The notes below the pieces were generated by a model. That model saw only the letters and a program-made list of their open reading frames with translations. It did not search any database and had not been told where the DNA came from. A stretch of 61,083 nucleotides of DNA, the filler included, from Circinaria calcarea (taxonomy: Eukaryota), in assembly GCA_051942165.1 (NCBI GenBank). It is 11 parts of 11 records of this genome, joined end to end, with 100 filler letters (N's around TTAATTAATTAA, not from the genome) between each part and the next. Parts side by side here need not be neighbours in the genome. Positions count along the whole stretch, not along the records: positions 1 to 5,475 come from JAVECS010001889.1; positions 5,576 to 11,048 come from JAVECS010001890.1; positions 11,149 to 16,620 come from JAVECS010001891.1; 8 more parts are not named here. One strand, 5' to 3'. A program made the position numbers and the translations under genes. Shown one piece after another: positions 1-11,978 of the stretch. Position 1 is the stretch's first letter. The number at the start of each line of letters is the position of its first letter.

Positions 1-26
1 TGTCTTCATGGCTGAATTAATTGCAG

Positions 27-468
27 ATATGGGATTTATTCGAGAACAGACACCTCTTCGACGGCCGCAATAAAACAAATAAAGAGTACTCCAACCGGCA
101 GCATCTTGCTGAGATGATAGCATATCTCGGGCCGCCACCAATGGAGTTCCTCCATCGAGGCAAAGAATACTCCGAGTACTTTGATAAAGACGGTAAGCTG
201 CCAACCCCTCTCATGGCTAGCAGTTGATCACTGCAGAACCTTGACTCCTAAGCACCAACTAACAACATGCTCGCCAGGAAACTGGAACGGTTTCATCGCC
301 ATACCCCAAAACCTGTCCTTGGAAGATTCCGAAGAGAATCTAAAAGGAAAGAACAAGGAGCTCTTTCTGCAGTTCATGAAGTCCATGCTACGGTGGGTGC
401 CTGAAGAGAGGAAGACCGCCAAAGAGCTACTTGAAGATCCGTGGCTGAATACGCCGGTGGAAACGTGA
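27..468 (+). CDS. SRPK-like (CMGC) Ser/Thr protein kinase, last two exons (5' part outside window)
   Basis: Exons 27-192 and 278-468 (intron 193-277, GTAAGC..CAG) give IWDLFENRHLF..HLAEMIAYLGPPP..FMKSMLRWVPEERKTAKELLEDPWL, the typical C-lobe of fungal SRPK-like kinases. Near-identical to the 3' end of the gene at 29828-31493. Confidence 0.9.
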
Positions 469-912
469 TATGCAAAAGAAGAATCGTAAAGGTGTTTCCA
501 AATGCCTGCCCCTAGCTGCTCTGCTCTGAAACCTTATTCGCCCTGAAAGTACAGCATATCGGATAGAAATTGCCCTGGGGGATCCTCTCAGATAGTACAC
601 CTCTTTGTGCCTGCCCTGTATGGCACTCCAGAATATAGTTCTGTATCACAGTCGATAAAGCCAGTTAGACGGACAATGCCGAATTGCCGTATCCTTTCAA
701 CTGCTTAATGGAGTCGACACCGACCTGAATGCCAGAGTGCCAGCTTGAGTTATACTCCATCCCACTGGTCGGGTATCTCAAACATACCGGGGGTTGTGTG
801 GGTGAATACGGTAGAGTGCGTGGGAGCTCGGAATGGCATCTCAGGGGGTGCGTGGCTGATATTCGCCGTCTATATGGATTATAGCGGCGTCTGTCCGTCT
901 TTGTCCTTACAG

Positions 913-2250
913 TCAACCTTCAACCCCTCCTGCCTCACGTAGCTGCTTAACCGCCTTTCCACACCTGTTCTCTACTGCCCACGATAGCGGTGTCCGTCCG
1001 TTCATATCTTTAGAGTTAATCTCAGCTTTGCCTGTTTCAAGCAGCAGTTTAATTACCGCTCCGCCTTGACCTGATCTTGCCCCAAAGACGCTCCCTGATG
1101 CCAAAGATAGTGGCGTTCGTCCGTTTTTATCCTTGAATTCGACGTCCACTTCGCCCGTTTTAAGCAGCTGCTTAACTACCGCCTCACGCCCATTTGCTGC
1201 TGCCCATGATAACGGCGTTCGTTCGTTGTTATCTTTTGAATTAATATCCACTTTGCCTGTTTCAAGCAGCTGCTTGACTGCCGCCTCATGCCCATTCGCT
1301 GCTGCCAATAATAACGGCGTCCATTCATCCTTATCTTTTGAATTAATATCCACTTCGCTTGTTTCAAGCAGCTGCTTAACTACCGCCTCATGCCCATATT
1401 GTGCTGCCAATGATAATGGCGTTCGTCCGTCTTTATCCTTACAATCAACCTCAACCCCTCCTACCTCAAGTAGCTGCTTAACTACCTCATACCCATTCGC
1501 TGCTGCCCATGATAGCGGCGTCCGTTCGTTCTTATCTTTTGAATTAATATCCACTTCGCCTGTTTCAAGCAGCTGCTTAACTACCGTCATATACCCTTTT
1601 CTTGCTGCCCATGATAGCGGCGTCCATTCGTTCTCATCTTTTAAATTAACATCCACTTCGCCTGTTTCAAGCAGCTGCTTAACTACTGCCTTATACCCGT
1701 TTCCTGCTGCCCAAGATAATGGCGTCCGTCCGTTCGCATCTTTTGAATTAATATCCACTTCATCTATTTCGAGCAGTTGCTTAACTACCGCTTCATACCC
1801 ACATTCTGCTGCCCATGATAGCGGCGTCCGTTCGTTCCTATCTTTTGAATTAACGTCCACTTCGCCTGTTTTAAGCAGCTGCTTAATTACTGCTTCATGT
1901 CCATTCTCTGCTGCGCATGATAGCGGCGTCTGTCCGTTCCCATCCTTTAAATCAGTATCTATTTCGCCTGTTTTAAATAGCAGCTCGACTACCGCCTCAT
2001 GCCCGCTTTTTGCTGCCCATAAAAATGGCGTTCGTCCGGTTATATCTTTAGATTCGATGTTCACTTTGCCTATTTTAAGCAGCTGCTTAACTACCGCTTT
2101 ATGCCCATTTTCTGCTGCCCATGATAGCGGCGTTCGTCCTGTTTTATCCTTAGAGTCAATTTCAACTTTGTCTATCTCAAGTAACTGTTTGACTGCTGCC
2201 TCACGTCCACTCCCTGCAGCCCGTGCTAGTGGCGTCCGTCCGTCGTCATC
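913..2250 (-). repeat. Array of 13 highly conserved ~102-bp (34-aa) ankyrin repeat units
   Basis: Recurring DxxGRTPLSWAAxxGxEAVVKQLLETGxVDINSK units with obvious nucleotide-level similarity. Confidence 0.95.
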
Positions 2251-5229
2251 CTTTAAATTAGCCTCGAACCTACCGGTTTCGAGTACAAGAGCCAAAATAT
2301 CGCTGTCGCCAAGTTCTGCAAGGTATGAGAGTACCGTTCTCCGGTTTGTGAATTTGAAGTTGCGTTTAAACTTGTTGATTCTGTCGTCGTCCTGGCAATA
2401 CTGGCTGCATAATTTGTGAAGCCGACTCCCGGGAGGTTGATCCAATGCAAGAGCTTGCACAAACGTTTCCACAGCTTCTTTACTCCCAGTTGCAAGGGCT
2501 GCAAAAAGAGGAGTCCCGTAACGCTCCTTTTCCACTTCAAAACACGATAGGATTGATGGATGGGCTTTGATGAGGTTGGGCATGTTGCCCTCCGCCAATA
2601 CATACAGGAGGGTCACATCTTTTGTATGCCTGCGTACTTCAGCCTTTTCAATCAGACTGTCAAGTATAATCCAACGGTCTAAGGGGAAGCTGTGGATAAT
2701 ATCCTCTTGAATGATATTCCATCCCGCAGCCGCATCTGCGTGGTATAGTACATTGCGTACGGCATACTCTAAGAAAGGAAATGCATTAGAAAATGATATG
2801 CGCTGGTTTGCAGTTACCAGTGATGAGGCTTTTAGATGACCTTTAGTGAGCTCCAGATAAATGAAAGTGTCAACATTTATATAGCTGAGACAACAACGCT
2901 TCAGCCGCTCGTGACTTTGACCTTGAAAGTTACTTCCGAGATCAGGCCTTATGGTTCGGAGCCCCTCTTCTTTTAGGAGAAAGTCCCTTACTGATTCGTG
3001 AATGAATTGGACTTTCCGAGTTTTAGATGTCGTGATTTCAACCAAGCCTTTAGATGAATTGGGTATGAATCTTTCAATGGCGTCTTTTGGGATCTCATCA
3101 AGATCCCACTTCGATGGGGTCTCGGGCACAGTACCAGCAAGAACAGCAAAGTATAACTGCTCGGGACTCAGTGGTACCCTCGAGAAAAGAATCCACTGGA
3201 CACACAAAATTAACTCATCTCTGTTGTTGGAGTCGCGTGTTAAAATATCGCGGAGAAGCTCGTGCAGGTCGCTAGGAATTTCTTGGAGTCTTCGACGAAG
3301 CGCGTGCATGCGGCCACCATCGTATTCCTTATTCAATATTCTTACAACGAGAACAACCCACATGAAGATCCCAGAGGCTTTCTCTTGAAGTTCTGCTCGT
3401 ATCTGCTGGGCCAGCTTACTGTGGCCAATATTTAACTCGCTGTTGAGATAGCTGGTTATATCCTGGCTGTGCCCTTCTTGCCTTTCTAGAACTAAACACT
3501 TTCCTTTCCGGATCGTGATGTACGGGTAGTGCCTGCTCGAAAAACAGATATGGAACTTGATGTCAGCTGATACAGCGAGTTCGCCAATTTCTTCAAAAAA
3601 GGATATCATATCCCGGATCTGGTTGTCGTCACATTCATCCAGGGCATCAATGAAACATACTACGGAGGACTCCCCAAGACTTTGTATAGCCTGTCCCAAC
3701 AATTCCTTTAGAGACTCGGCGCTCCATTGGCGATTTATGCTAATGCTTGACCTTGAAATACCGAGTGAGTCAAAGACTCCCTGTAGCGCTGGGAGTCGTT
3801 CGAGAAGCTGTAATAAAAGCGACCGATACGTCCCTATCGTTGATTTCTCCAGCTCCTCGCCTCGTGCGTTGAAAAAAAATGAGATGAGTATCTTATCCTT
3901 CATCGTCTTGCGGGCATTAGCAAGAGCAAATTTCAGCATTGTTGACTTTCCAGTCCCGGGTTTTCCTTTAATCCAGAAAAAGCCGTGATGCTCGCTCAGC
4001 TTAGTGTCATCAAGCCAGGTAAGGTATTCAGGATTCTTCAAGAGCCATTTACATGTCTTTGCGTGTGCGTTTTTAATAGTCAAGTACCGCGCATCAAGTT
4101 GTTCAAATCTCAGTGACGCTAACAGCATACTTACTTGCTCTTCGTTAAGTGAAATCGGGTTTCCTTGCCTACGGCGACTAGGAATTGAACTTATTATCCG
4201 GTGGAGGGCGTAGGCAACCTTTTCGTATTCGGCGTCGTAGGGTCCTGTAAAGCGACACATTTCCATATGGTTGCGTCCGATATGTTCGGTGACTTCGATA
4301 CCAGGAAGATTGAGGTAAGAGGATGTGTCCTCGACGACCTGGAAGCCCGGTTAATAATGTAATGGATTATACTGAGGGACTTACCTTATGGCCACCAAGA
4401 GCTGAGACGCCTACTTGTTCCTGGAACGAGTGTATCACCCAGTTTTGGTCAAGAATCATAGGGCTAAACTCATCCCTTAATTCCCTAAGGCGTTCTGCAG
4501 ATGGCAAAAGTGTGTTGACTATTAGCTCATTGACTGAAAACCCGGCCGCTTTAATAGCTTTTTCAGCAACACGCTGAAGAATGCCACGGGGATCCGCGCC
4601 GCCATGGGGGGTGCCAAAGAAGACGATACCGACCGTCGACTCAAAGGTGTGCCGAAGATGAGCCCGGCCTGAATCGCAGCTGCTCGACCTCCGTAGCATT
4701 TCTTTGACGACTATCCCTCCCAGACTGTGTACCACGAATAAGACTGGTCTCAATGGCTCTTCCCGACGCTTTGCCTCAAGGGCAACGAGAAAGTCCCACG
4801 CAATATCGTAGACAGTGTTCTTACTCCCGGGAGATCCCAGCTTATGCCTGATGTGTGTATCATAACCGAACGTCAAAACTCGCGCATTTGGGATGGTGGC
4901 AGGAATCAAGTCCCTAGGCCAGTATATAGCAGCGCGGGAGTTCTCCGGACTCAACTTGGAGAATGGGTTCAGCTTTCGAATTTTGGGAGGCGGTTCAGCA
5001 GATTCGTTGTCATCGGTGCGATGACTGACATCGCCTCTCTTGTGGGTCCACGTTCGTTCAGGGTGGCCGGTAAATCCATGGACGAATATGATGCTTTTCA
5101 GTCAGTATGAATGCCGCAGATAATGTATTTATATGCTTACTCTAGAGACTGCTCCTCTGGCTGGACAACTACTGTCAAACCAGCCGGAGGGATCGACTGA
5201 AGGCAGTTCATCTTGATCGAACAATCCAT
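913..5229 (-). CDS. Fungal NLR: N-terminal SesB-like alpha/beta-hydrolase + NACHT + ankyrin repeats
   Basis: Three exons (introns 5094-5140 and 4339-4384). Hydrolase motifs IIFVHGFTGHPERTW, YWPRDLIP, VVHSLGG (nucleophile elbow), FFGTPHGG, NHMEMCRF. NACHT Walker A GKPGTGKST, Walker B FIDALDEC, then FMWVVLV and QFIHESVRDFL. 13 TPL-type ankyrin repeats at the C-terminus. The start ATG (5229 or 5211) is inferred. Confidence 0.93.
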
Positions 5230-5475
5230 AGTTTTTCGCTCCGTGAAAGCTACGACGCATTCGCAAGGCTAGGCATTCAATATTGTGCGATCTGCCAATA
5301 CGGAGATCTAATTGGTCGCTTTACTCAAAATATATCCTATTTTGCCAAGCTTCCTAACGACTGATATGCCTGTAGACCAGTACGCACTTCTTGTTCAAGT
5401 TTTTAATAGATGAAATATCCATATAGTTGCAAACGCCTTACCTCACTGCCACCTCCGCAAGCTCCGGAGGCCTCA

Positions 5476-5575
5476 NNNNNNNNNNNNNNNNNNNNNNNNN
5501 NNNNNNNNNNNNNNNNNNNTTAATTAATTAANNNNNNNNNNNNNNNNNNNNNNNNNNNNNNNNNNNNNNNNNNNN
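5476..5575. other. Artificial contig-joining linker (100 nt: N-run, TTAATTAATTAA, N-run)
   Basis: Identical linkers at 5476-5575, 11049-11148, 16621-16720, 22193-22292, 27762-27861, 33329-33428, 38896-38995, 44457-44556, 50002-50101 and 55546-55645. The core has stops in all six frames, and the intervening contigs decrease in length (5473 to 5444 bp). Confidence 0.98.
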
Positions 5576-5639
5576 CTCGTGACCCCGGTAAATAGTTCCC
5601 CCGTAGGGTTCGTAGGGGTTCTCGGGTAAAGCCCTTACA
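5576..5639 (-). mobile_element. Terminal fragment of a TGTAAGG..CCTTACA LTR-like repeat family
   Basis: Reverse complement matches 50455-50520 (TGTAAGGGC..ACCCCTACGAACCCTACGGG..GGTCACGAG). Located at a contig start. Confidence 0.75.
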
Positions 5640-6106
5640 TTTGTCTCACGGTGTAAAGCCACCCACATTATGTAACAACCATGCGGTACGACCGAGCCTC
5701 TCGATTTAGCTTTCTAGCCCCGGAACTTAGAATACATCTTACTTTATAGAATCCGTACCGCAGCTTACAGAGTTTTGATACTCCCGGCATCACGCAATAC
5801 TCTATTGAGGAAGTGTGAGAGGACTCTGATGAGGTCATCTGGTGTTACAATTACTGGTGCTAATACTAACATGCAGCTTGGCGGCATCTTGCATTTAGTT
5901 TTAAAGTATTTTCATTATGTACAAGAGTTTACTAGTATGCACGCACAGTACCATAAGTGAGAGTATGCCGCGGTCAGAATTTTCCGAGTCCGGAATTATC
6001 AGGAGGCTGTTCTTATTTATATTTTTACTCGATTGAAGAGTATTTGAGACTTAGTGTGCTTATCCTCTTTAGAATACGTTGCTCTATCTTTTGTACGCCA
6101 GGCATT

Positions 6107-7633
6107 ATGTCAGATCAGTCATCCGTCAGCGATCCGGATGGGATCACCGGAAAACTATGCAACTGGGCCTATAACTTAGAGCTCTCCCAAGTACCCCAAG
6201 CCCAACAAACCAGAGCCAAACACATCATCCTCGATGGGCTCGCGTGCGGTATCGTCGGCGCCCACTTGCCATGGTCCGAAACCGCGGCTAAAGCAATCTT
6301 CGAATTAGAACCGTCTGGCACTTGCTCCATCATCGGATGGGAGAGAAAAACCAGCGCGCTTACCGCAGCCCTTTTAAACAGTACCTTTATCCAAGGCTTC
6401 GAGCTCGATGATTGGCATTCGAAGGCTCCTCTTCACAGTGCCTCCCTGATCCTCCCGGCGCTGTTTGCAGCAATCGAGCATGTCCGGACCACCGCTCCTG
6501 ATTCTTCGCCAATATCCGGTCAATCTCTTCTCCTCGCAACGATTGTAGGTTTCGAAACTGGACCACGGATCGGACTCGGTCTAGGCGGAGTAGACATGCT
6601 CTCTCGCGGATGGCACAGCGGAGCTGTATTCGGAGGGCCGGCGGCAGCACTGGGTGTGTCGAAATTGCTGGCTCTCTCGCCACGACAGATGGAATGGGCT
6701 CTCGGTACGGCATGTACCCAGGCTGGAGGTCTCATGTCTGCACAGTTCGAAAGCATGGCGAAGAGGTAAGGTCTCTAGAATCCTTGTGCAATCCCTGATG
6801 CTTCATTCCTTTCTGTTAAAACAATCGACAGGATGCAACACGGATTCGCCTCTCGTAACGGCCTTACCGCTGCCCTCCTGTCTCGAGCCAGCTATAGTGG
6901 CATCGAGCGTGTGCTCGAACGCTCCTACGGTGGCTTTCTCAGCACCTTCACCCAAGGCGCGAAAGCCTCTCCTCCGTACAACGCCGATGCCGTCTCCGCT
7001 GGGCTTGGCGAACGCTGGGAAATCGACAGTATCCGCATCAAACCGTATGCAGCAATGGCGACCCTGCACGCGCCGATTGATTGCATCAGGTTACTGCAGG
7101 AGGAGCAGGGAGAACTTCTGAAAGACGTCAAGCGGATGAAGAGTGTCCGGATCGAGATGGGCGAAGCGGCGTTCAAGCATGGAGGATGGGAAGTGGAGAA
7201 GAAGCCTCTGGAAGCGACAGGCGCGCAGATGAATGCCATGTATGCCGTTGCCGTTCAACTCGTCGATGGAGAACTCTTGCCATCGAGCTACAAGCCTGGA
7301 ATGCTGGAGCGGGACATACTCTACGACTTGATCGACAAGACGAACTGCGTGCATCGCGAAGAGTTCAATGGGAGTTTCAAGACCAGAATCAGGATTGACT
7401 TTGAGGGAGGTGAAGAAGCCGTGGCGACGGTGGAGGCACCGCGGGGCGTCTCCCCGGAAATAGCGAATGAGGAAATTGTGGAAAAGTGGATGGGGTTGGT
7501 GGGAGAGTTGATCGATGAGAAAAGACGGGAACAAATCCAAAGGACCGTTTTGACTATGGAGGAATGTGGCCACGTGGAACTGGAACAACTAATAGGTAAT
7601 TTGGGAAAGGCTGCAGCATGCGCTTTGGATTAG
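6107..7633 (+). CDS. cadA: MmgE/PrpD-family protein, cis-aconitate decarboxylase (CadA/IRG1)-like
   Basis: Exons 6107-6765 and 6832-7633 (intron GTAAGG..CAG). Motifs AKHIILDGLAC, FIQGFELDDWHSKAPLHSAS, GFETGPRIG, GWHSGAVFG, ACTQAGGLMSAQF..KRMQHGFASRNG and VLERSYGGFL closely follow Aspergillus terreus CadA as recalled. Confidence 0.82.
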
Positions 7634-8276
7634 AATATGATATCTATAACAAGGGCATCAACAAACCCCACGCCTCTTTTGGGGGAGGAATAGAGAGGTA
7701 TAAATTCTGCTCAAATGGGCCAAGCTGGGGTGGCAGAATATATATCATTAGCCTGCTCGGTTTAAACTCTTAGATTTTTCCCTAAAATACTAAAGGATCT
7801 CATATCATCCTTCCCTAAAACTCCCCTCCACCCCGGATACCAATCCACCAAAAAAAAGAGAAATATCTAATGTGGAATATATCCCATATCCAAGTCGCCC
7901 GGTCGAGACCCCCCGATCCAGATTTAGTGATCCCTTCCCATTTTCTTCATCTCCATCCTATTCCCTCCATACTTTAAACCCCCTCCCCGGGCCCCTTACC
8001 CTTGATGAAATGCCTATGGTCACGTTGTGCCTAAGCATTTGGAAGGGGAAATGAATAGGGGCAAGCTATCTTATTACTATGGGTTTATAGTAGTATTTAT
8101 GGTAGTCATGACCCTATAGCTTGCCCACTTTGAAGCGGAGCAGCAAATATGTAAATAAAAGGTTCAATGAACCTCCGGGAGCATTCTGTATAGAATGCGT
8201 GGGTGTGCAGAACTTCTGCACGCAAATCTACACCTTCCACTATATTCCAACAAAGAAATAGCCCGAGCATAATGCC

Positions 8277-10193
8277 TTATCTTGTTTTACTCGGACAGTT
8301 GTCCCACAAAGGTCTCACGACACCTTCGCATACCGACTTTCGGAGCTCAACATCATCCCACTGCAAGGTAGGAAAACTGCTCGCAAAAGTACCCTCAATA
8401 CATCGACAGACAGGGTCCAAATAAAAGGGCAAAATGTTATCGGCTGTGTCGTCAAGCCACTTTTTGGAGGCTTCGTAGCGTGACCCGTAGGTACTGTTCA
8501 AATCCAAGCTCACTTCAGCGACGTACGCTTCCAATGAAGTGACGTGCCATATTTCGAGTAGAAGAATGCCAAGTTCGAGTAGAGATTGCTTCGCACTTGG
8601 CGGGCTTCCTACCTCGGACCGTAGGTCTGCCGGAAAGTCGCAAGTAATAAAAGGTTGATTCGCATCAAACCCCAATGCTACCTTGTCAGCCGCGCATGAG
8701 GGATGAGTGCGAAGAAAGTAGATGCCTTGCTTGGTCCAAGACCTCCCAAGCCATGGCGTTGTATGTAGTTGAAGGAGAGACGACGCCAGCCTGTGTGCTA
8801 AAACTATGCGTTGATTCCAGCTCCACCTCTTGGCGAAGTCTTTGGTCTCCTTAGCCTCTTGCAGTAGGCAATCCAAGGTTGTAATATCTGGAGCCGAATC
8901 TGACACGCATCCCCGTGACAAGGGCAGTGGAGGACAATGACAAGAGGTAAACTGACCACGCTCGGAGAGGTAAAGCTTAAGCAACTTGTTTTCGCGGGAT
9001 GCTTGGCTTAGTGATAGACAAATGTTCTGCACATTGGCTCTCAGCGGACCATCGCGAGCTGGTAGATTGATGGTGATCCTCGACCTTCTCACAGGTTCAA
9101 CTGACGTAGACCTATTAAAAGGGTATTAGTAGACGCTCTGATAATACGATAAACTCCTTCCCTTGGCACACACCCAGATTCGTGAAACTGTGCTTCATCG
9201 TCGTTGAGGACGTCAACTTGCGCGTAATGCCACGCGTTTTTTGCTCCAGACGCTGCCATTGGACCAAGCTCGATTTGAAACGTTACAAGAGGCTTCTTTT
9301 TAAGCATTGGCGATGAGCAATCTGAAAGATAGAGATTCGTACGGTGCGAGGTATGACAGCCTGTAGCCCATCCCGCAGAGATCGCAGAGTAGAGACAATT
9401 GCTATACTTCTGAACTTTGCTTAAAAAAGTTGTCAGTTTCACTGTCGTTCTTGAGGGAAACGCCGGAATGTCTTCATCGTGCATAAGGGTCCCGGAAATC
9501 CGCAACCTATCGAGCATTGCGGTTGATTTCTGAGGTTATCAATCTTTTGATCAAGCTCATCCTTTTTAAGAGCGAATTTGATCCTTCGGCCAGTCTGACG
9601 CCATCCAACATCTTCAGCTGAAGAAGCGTTGGTTTCAATGAGTTTCTTTAAAAACTCTGAATCAACCTGCACCTGCTTGCACTTAGTCCATGCGTGGAGG
9701 TGTGTATTCTGGGAGCAATTGGCAGACAGTACTACCAGTTATCTGGCACGAAAATGCAGCAGCAACGACTTCTAATCGATAGATTGAGACTCACTTCAAC
9801 AGTGTTTCCAGACACCAACCCAGATATGCTTCGAGCAATGTCTGCAAGGTTCCTCTCGCAACTCATTAAAGCGTTCCGATAGGGCTTATAAACCTGTCCC
9901 AAGTACTTTGCAACTGCATCTCCTACATCCTGATGTTGCAGAAGTTCGCAGTAGTTGGGAACATTCAAAGCGGCGACCTCTTCATCTTCGATATCCGCGG
10001 CTCTTAAAAGTAGCTTGAGGTCTATCTCTATCAAAACTTTTTGCTCCTCGAGTGCTTCAATTAGGCGATCAACCATTAAGGCCTTGCTCCGGGAGCGACG
10101 CCATATATCATGTGTAGTCTTGTATTGCTTAAGGCCCCAGACAACGACGGGCAGAGCTCCAAGGATAATGCCTACTACCTCGATGCCACTCAT
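8277..10193 (-). pseudogene. HeLo-like N-terminal helical domain + C-terminal degenerate kinase-like (DUF7580-type) domain, with an apparent 1-nt frameshift
   Basis: The N-terminus MSGIEVVGIILGALP is typical of HeLo-like/NLR effector domains. The C-terminal region reads RIVLAHRLASSLLQLHTTPWL..WTKQGIYF..PFIT..LLELGILLLEIW. Near 9525 the frame shifts (..KIDNLR / KSTAMLDRLR) with no intron signals. It could be a pseudogene or an assembly error in an A-run. Confidence 0.65.
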
Positions 10194-10417
10194 TCTAAAA
10201 TATAGACGGTAGCCATTAATAATGTTGCGCGACGGAGCAAGACCATTGAGCTCAGCTTCCAGGTCTTTAGCCTCTCGGAATGGGACAGACCCGATTGGAT
10301 AGATTAGAATAGTAACACTGGGACCACCGAAGAGCAGAGGAGAAAAGGTTTGCCAAATCCTTTACGCCGGCTTGTTTCTACAAAACATTTGGTTAGCATT
10401 TTGTATCTGCGCAAACT

Positions 10418-11048
10418 ATGTCTGCTGAACTACTAGTCACGATTGGTCGGCGGATACAGGACGCTTACGAGAATTTGAAAGCGACTGAAAGTGCACAGCA
10501 TCAGCAGGGCACCTTTGAAGTGGCAGTAGAGAACCAGTCGCAGCGGTTTCGCCTTTGGGCAATTAACATGGGCCTGTACCAAACTGGTCACGGCTCCTTA
10601 GATTACCGTTTTCGGGATGCTCCGCTAGTCTACAGCTTTACCAGGGCATTGTTATGCGACCTGGAGAGATACCTTCTTATTAGTAAGATCAGCTCTCTTT
10701 GCACCCAAACTCGTCATTGATTACAGTGCTGCCGAGCCAGCGAAGATCTGATCAATGTACTAAAGATACTCAGTCAGTGCCAGTTTCAACGAAAACTGCC
10801 GCGATCCCGAGTACCGTCCGAACAATAGCCGATCTCCAGATATAGTTACTTCCTCTGATTATGGGGAATCCGACGATGAAGACTTTGAGAGCTATCAGAC
10901 GGACTCAGTCGCTGAGATTGCCTTGGAGAACGGAGAACGTGTAGTTGATAGGCTATACCGACTGTCTTTTAAGATCCGCAATCCGGCGACAAGACTTGGC
11001 TTCACAAAAGCTCGATATTATCGTCAAGTTGACCAGGATACAGGGATC
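10418..11048 (+). CDS. Conserved fungal protein with RFxLWAxNxG..GHxSLDYRxRDA N-terminal domain (3' truncated by contig end)
   Basis: ORF contains QRFRLWAINMGLYQTGHGSLDYRFRDAP. After a short intron (GTAAG near 10683) an acidic linker leads into VVDRLYRLSFKIRNPATR..KARYY, a motif pair common in fungal C2H2/ankyrin-tailed proteins. Confidence 0.7.
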
Positions 11049-11148
11049 NNNNNNNNNNNNNNNNNNNNNNNNNNNNNNNNNNNNNNNNNNNNTTAATTAA
11101 TTAANNNNNNNNNNNNNNNNNNNNNNNNNNNNNNNNNNNNNNNNNNNN

Positions 11149-11978
11149 TTCCTTGACAGATACGGGCATGAAATGAATCCAACTTATCTTCATAAGTTCT
11201 CGGAGAGATGTCGGTCTTCAGAGACTGGTACTCCAGCCGCCGGGAAGATTTCTCGGCCTTTTCATAGTGCGATAGAGCTTGCAACTGAGCATTGTGCTCC
11301 TCCTGAAGATGCTCTAAGCGAACCTCGCGTCTCAAGAGCAGTTTATGCCGGTTGATTTGATCCCTTACAAGATCAATCTTTTCTCGTTGCTTTGTCCACA
11401 TCGATTCAAAAATCAATTTCCAGTCTCAGAAAGCTATATATTAGTTTTCTGGTTATATGTCGAAGCTCTGAGGCAAACTCACATGTTCTGCGGAAGAATT
11501 TCAGGACGATGAGATAGAAATCCAAGATATCCCGGAAAAAGAGAACCAGTACATCTTTGATGAGCTCATTGTGGCCGAAGAGCTTGGTGACTCCTTGAAA
11601 TTCTGGTAGCAGGAGACCGATATCCGCGAATGCATCGACGATGGCATCGAACGAAGTCTTCATATTGTGAGTCCAATGCAGGAGGAGCTTTATAGGACCC
11701 CAGATCAGAGCCAAAACATCCTGTTTTGCCTGGATAAAAACCTCTATGACCTGGGCATAGCTTCTGAGACCTTCAAGAAAACGCTGGATCTTGGCCAAGT
11801 GGCGAAGATGCCCCTTTTCTGCCTGCTCTTTCTGGATCGCGTCGGTGGCATCGTATACCTCCTCGATGGATTTCGTCTTCAGAATATCTCCCAAGAGCTT
11901 CTGGTCCCCCAGCGTGGCCTTGAAGTCACGGACGGCATTCTCGAAGGCGACTTTGATCGGATCATCCGGAGCGGCCAT
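11149..11978 (-). CDS. 5' part of a NACHT-type NLR (N-terminal helical domain), truncated just before the NACHT
   Basis: IQRFLEGLRSYAQVIEVFIQAK..LALIWGPIKLLL..LPEF..DILDFY is characteristic of the N-terminal domain of fungal NACHT proteins. An intron starts at 11482 (GTGAGT). The contig ends at ..FHARICQG, the pre-NACHT motif. Confidence 0.75.

Noticed and set aside
1133..2419. 428-aa plus-strand ORF (and similar minus-strand ORFs at 28183-29298)
   Set aside because: Antisense shadow of the ankyrin array. The repeat unit simply lacks stops in that frame.
5957..6106. 50-aa N-terminal extension of the CadA-like ORF
   Set aside because: GTG start in a eukaryote. Family similarity begins at the ATG at 6107.
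8059..8126. 11-bp inverted repeat GGGCAAGCTAT..ATAGCTTGCCC
   Set aside because: Too short, single copy and no TSD, so it cannot be supported as an element.
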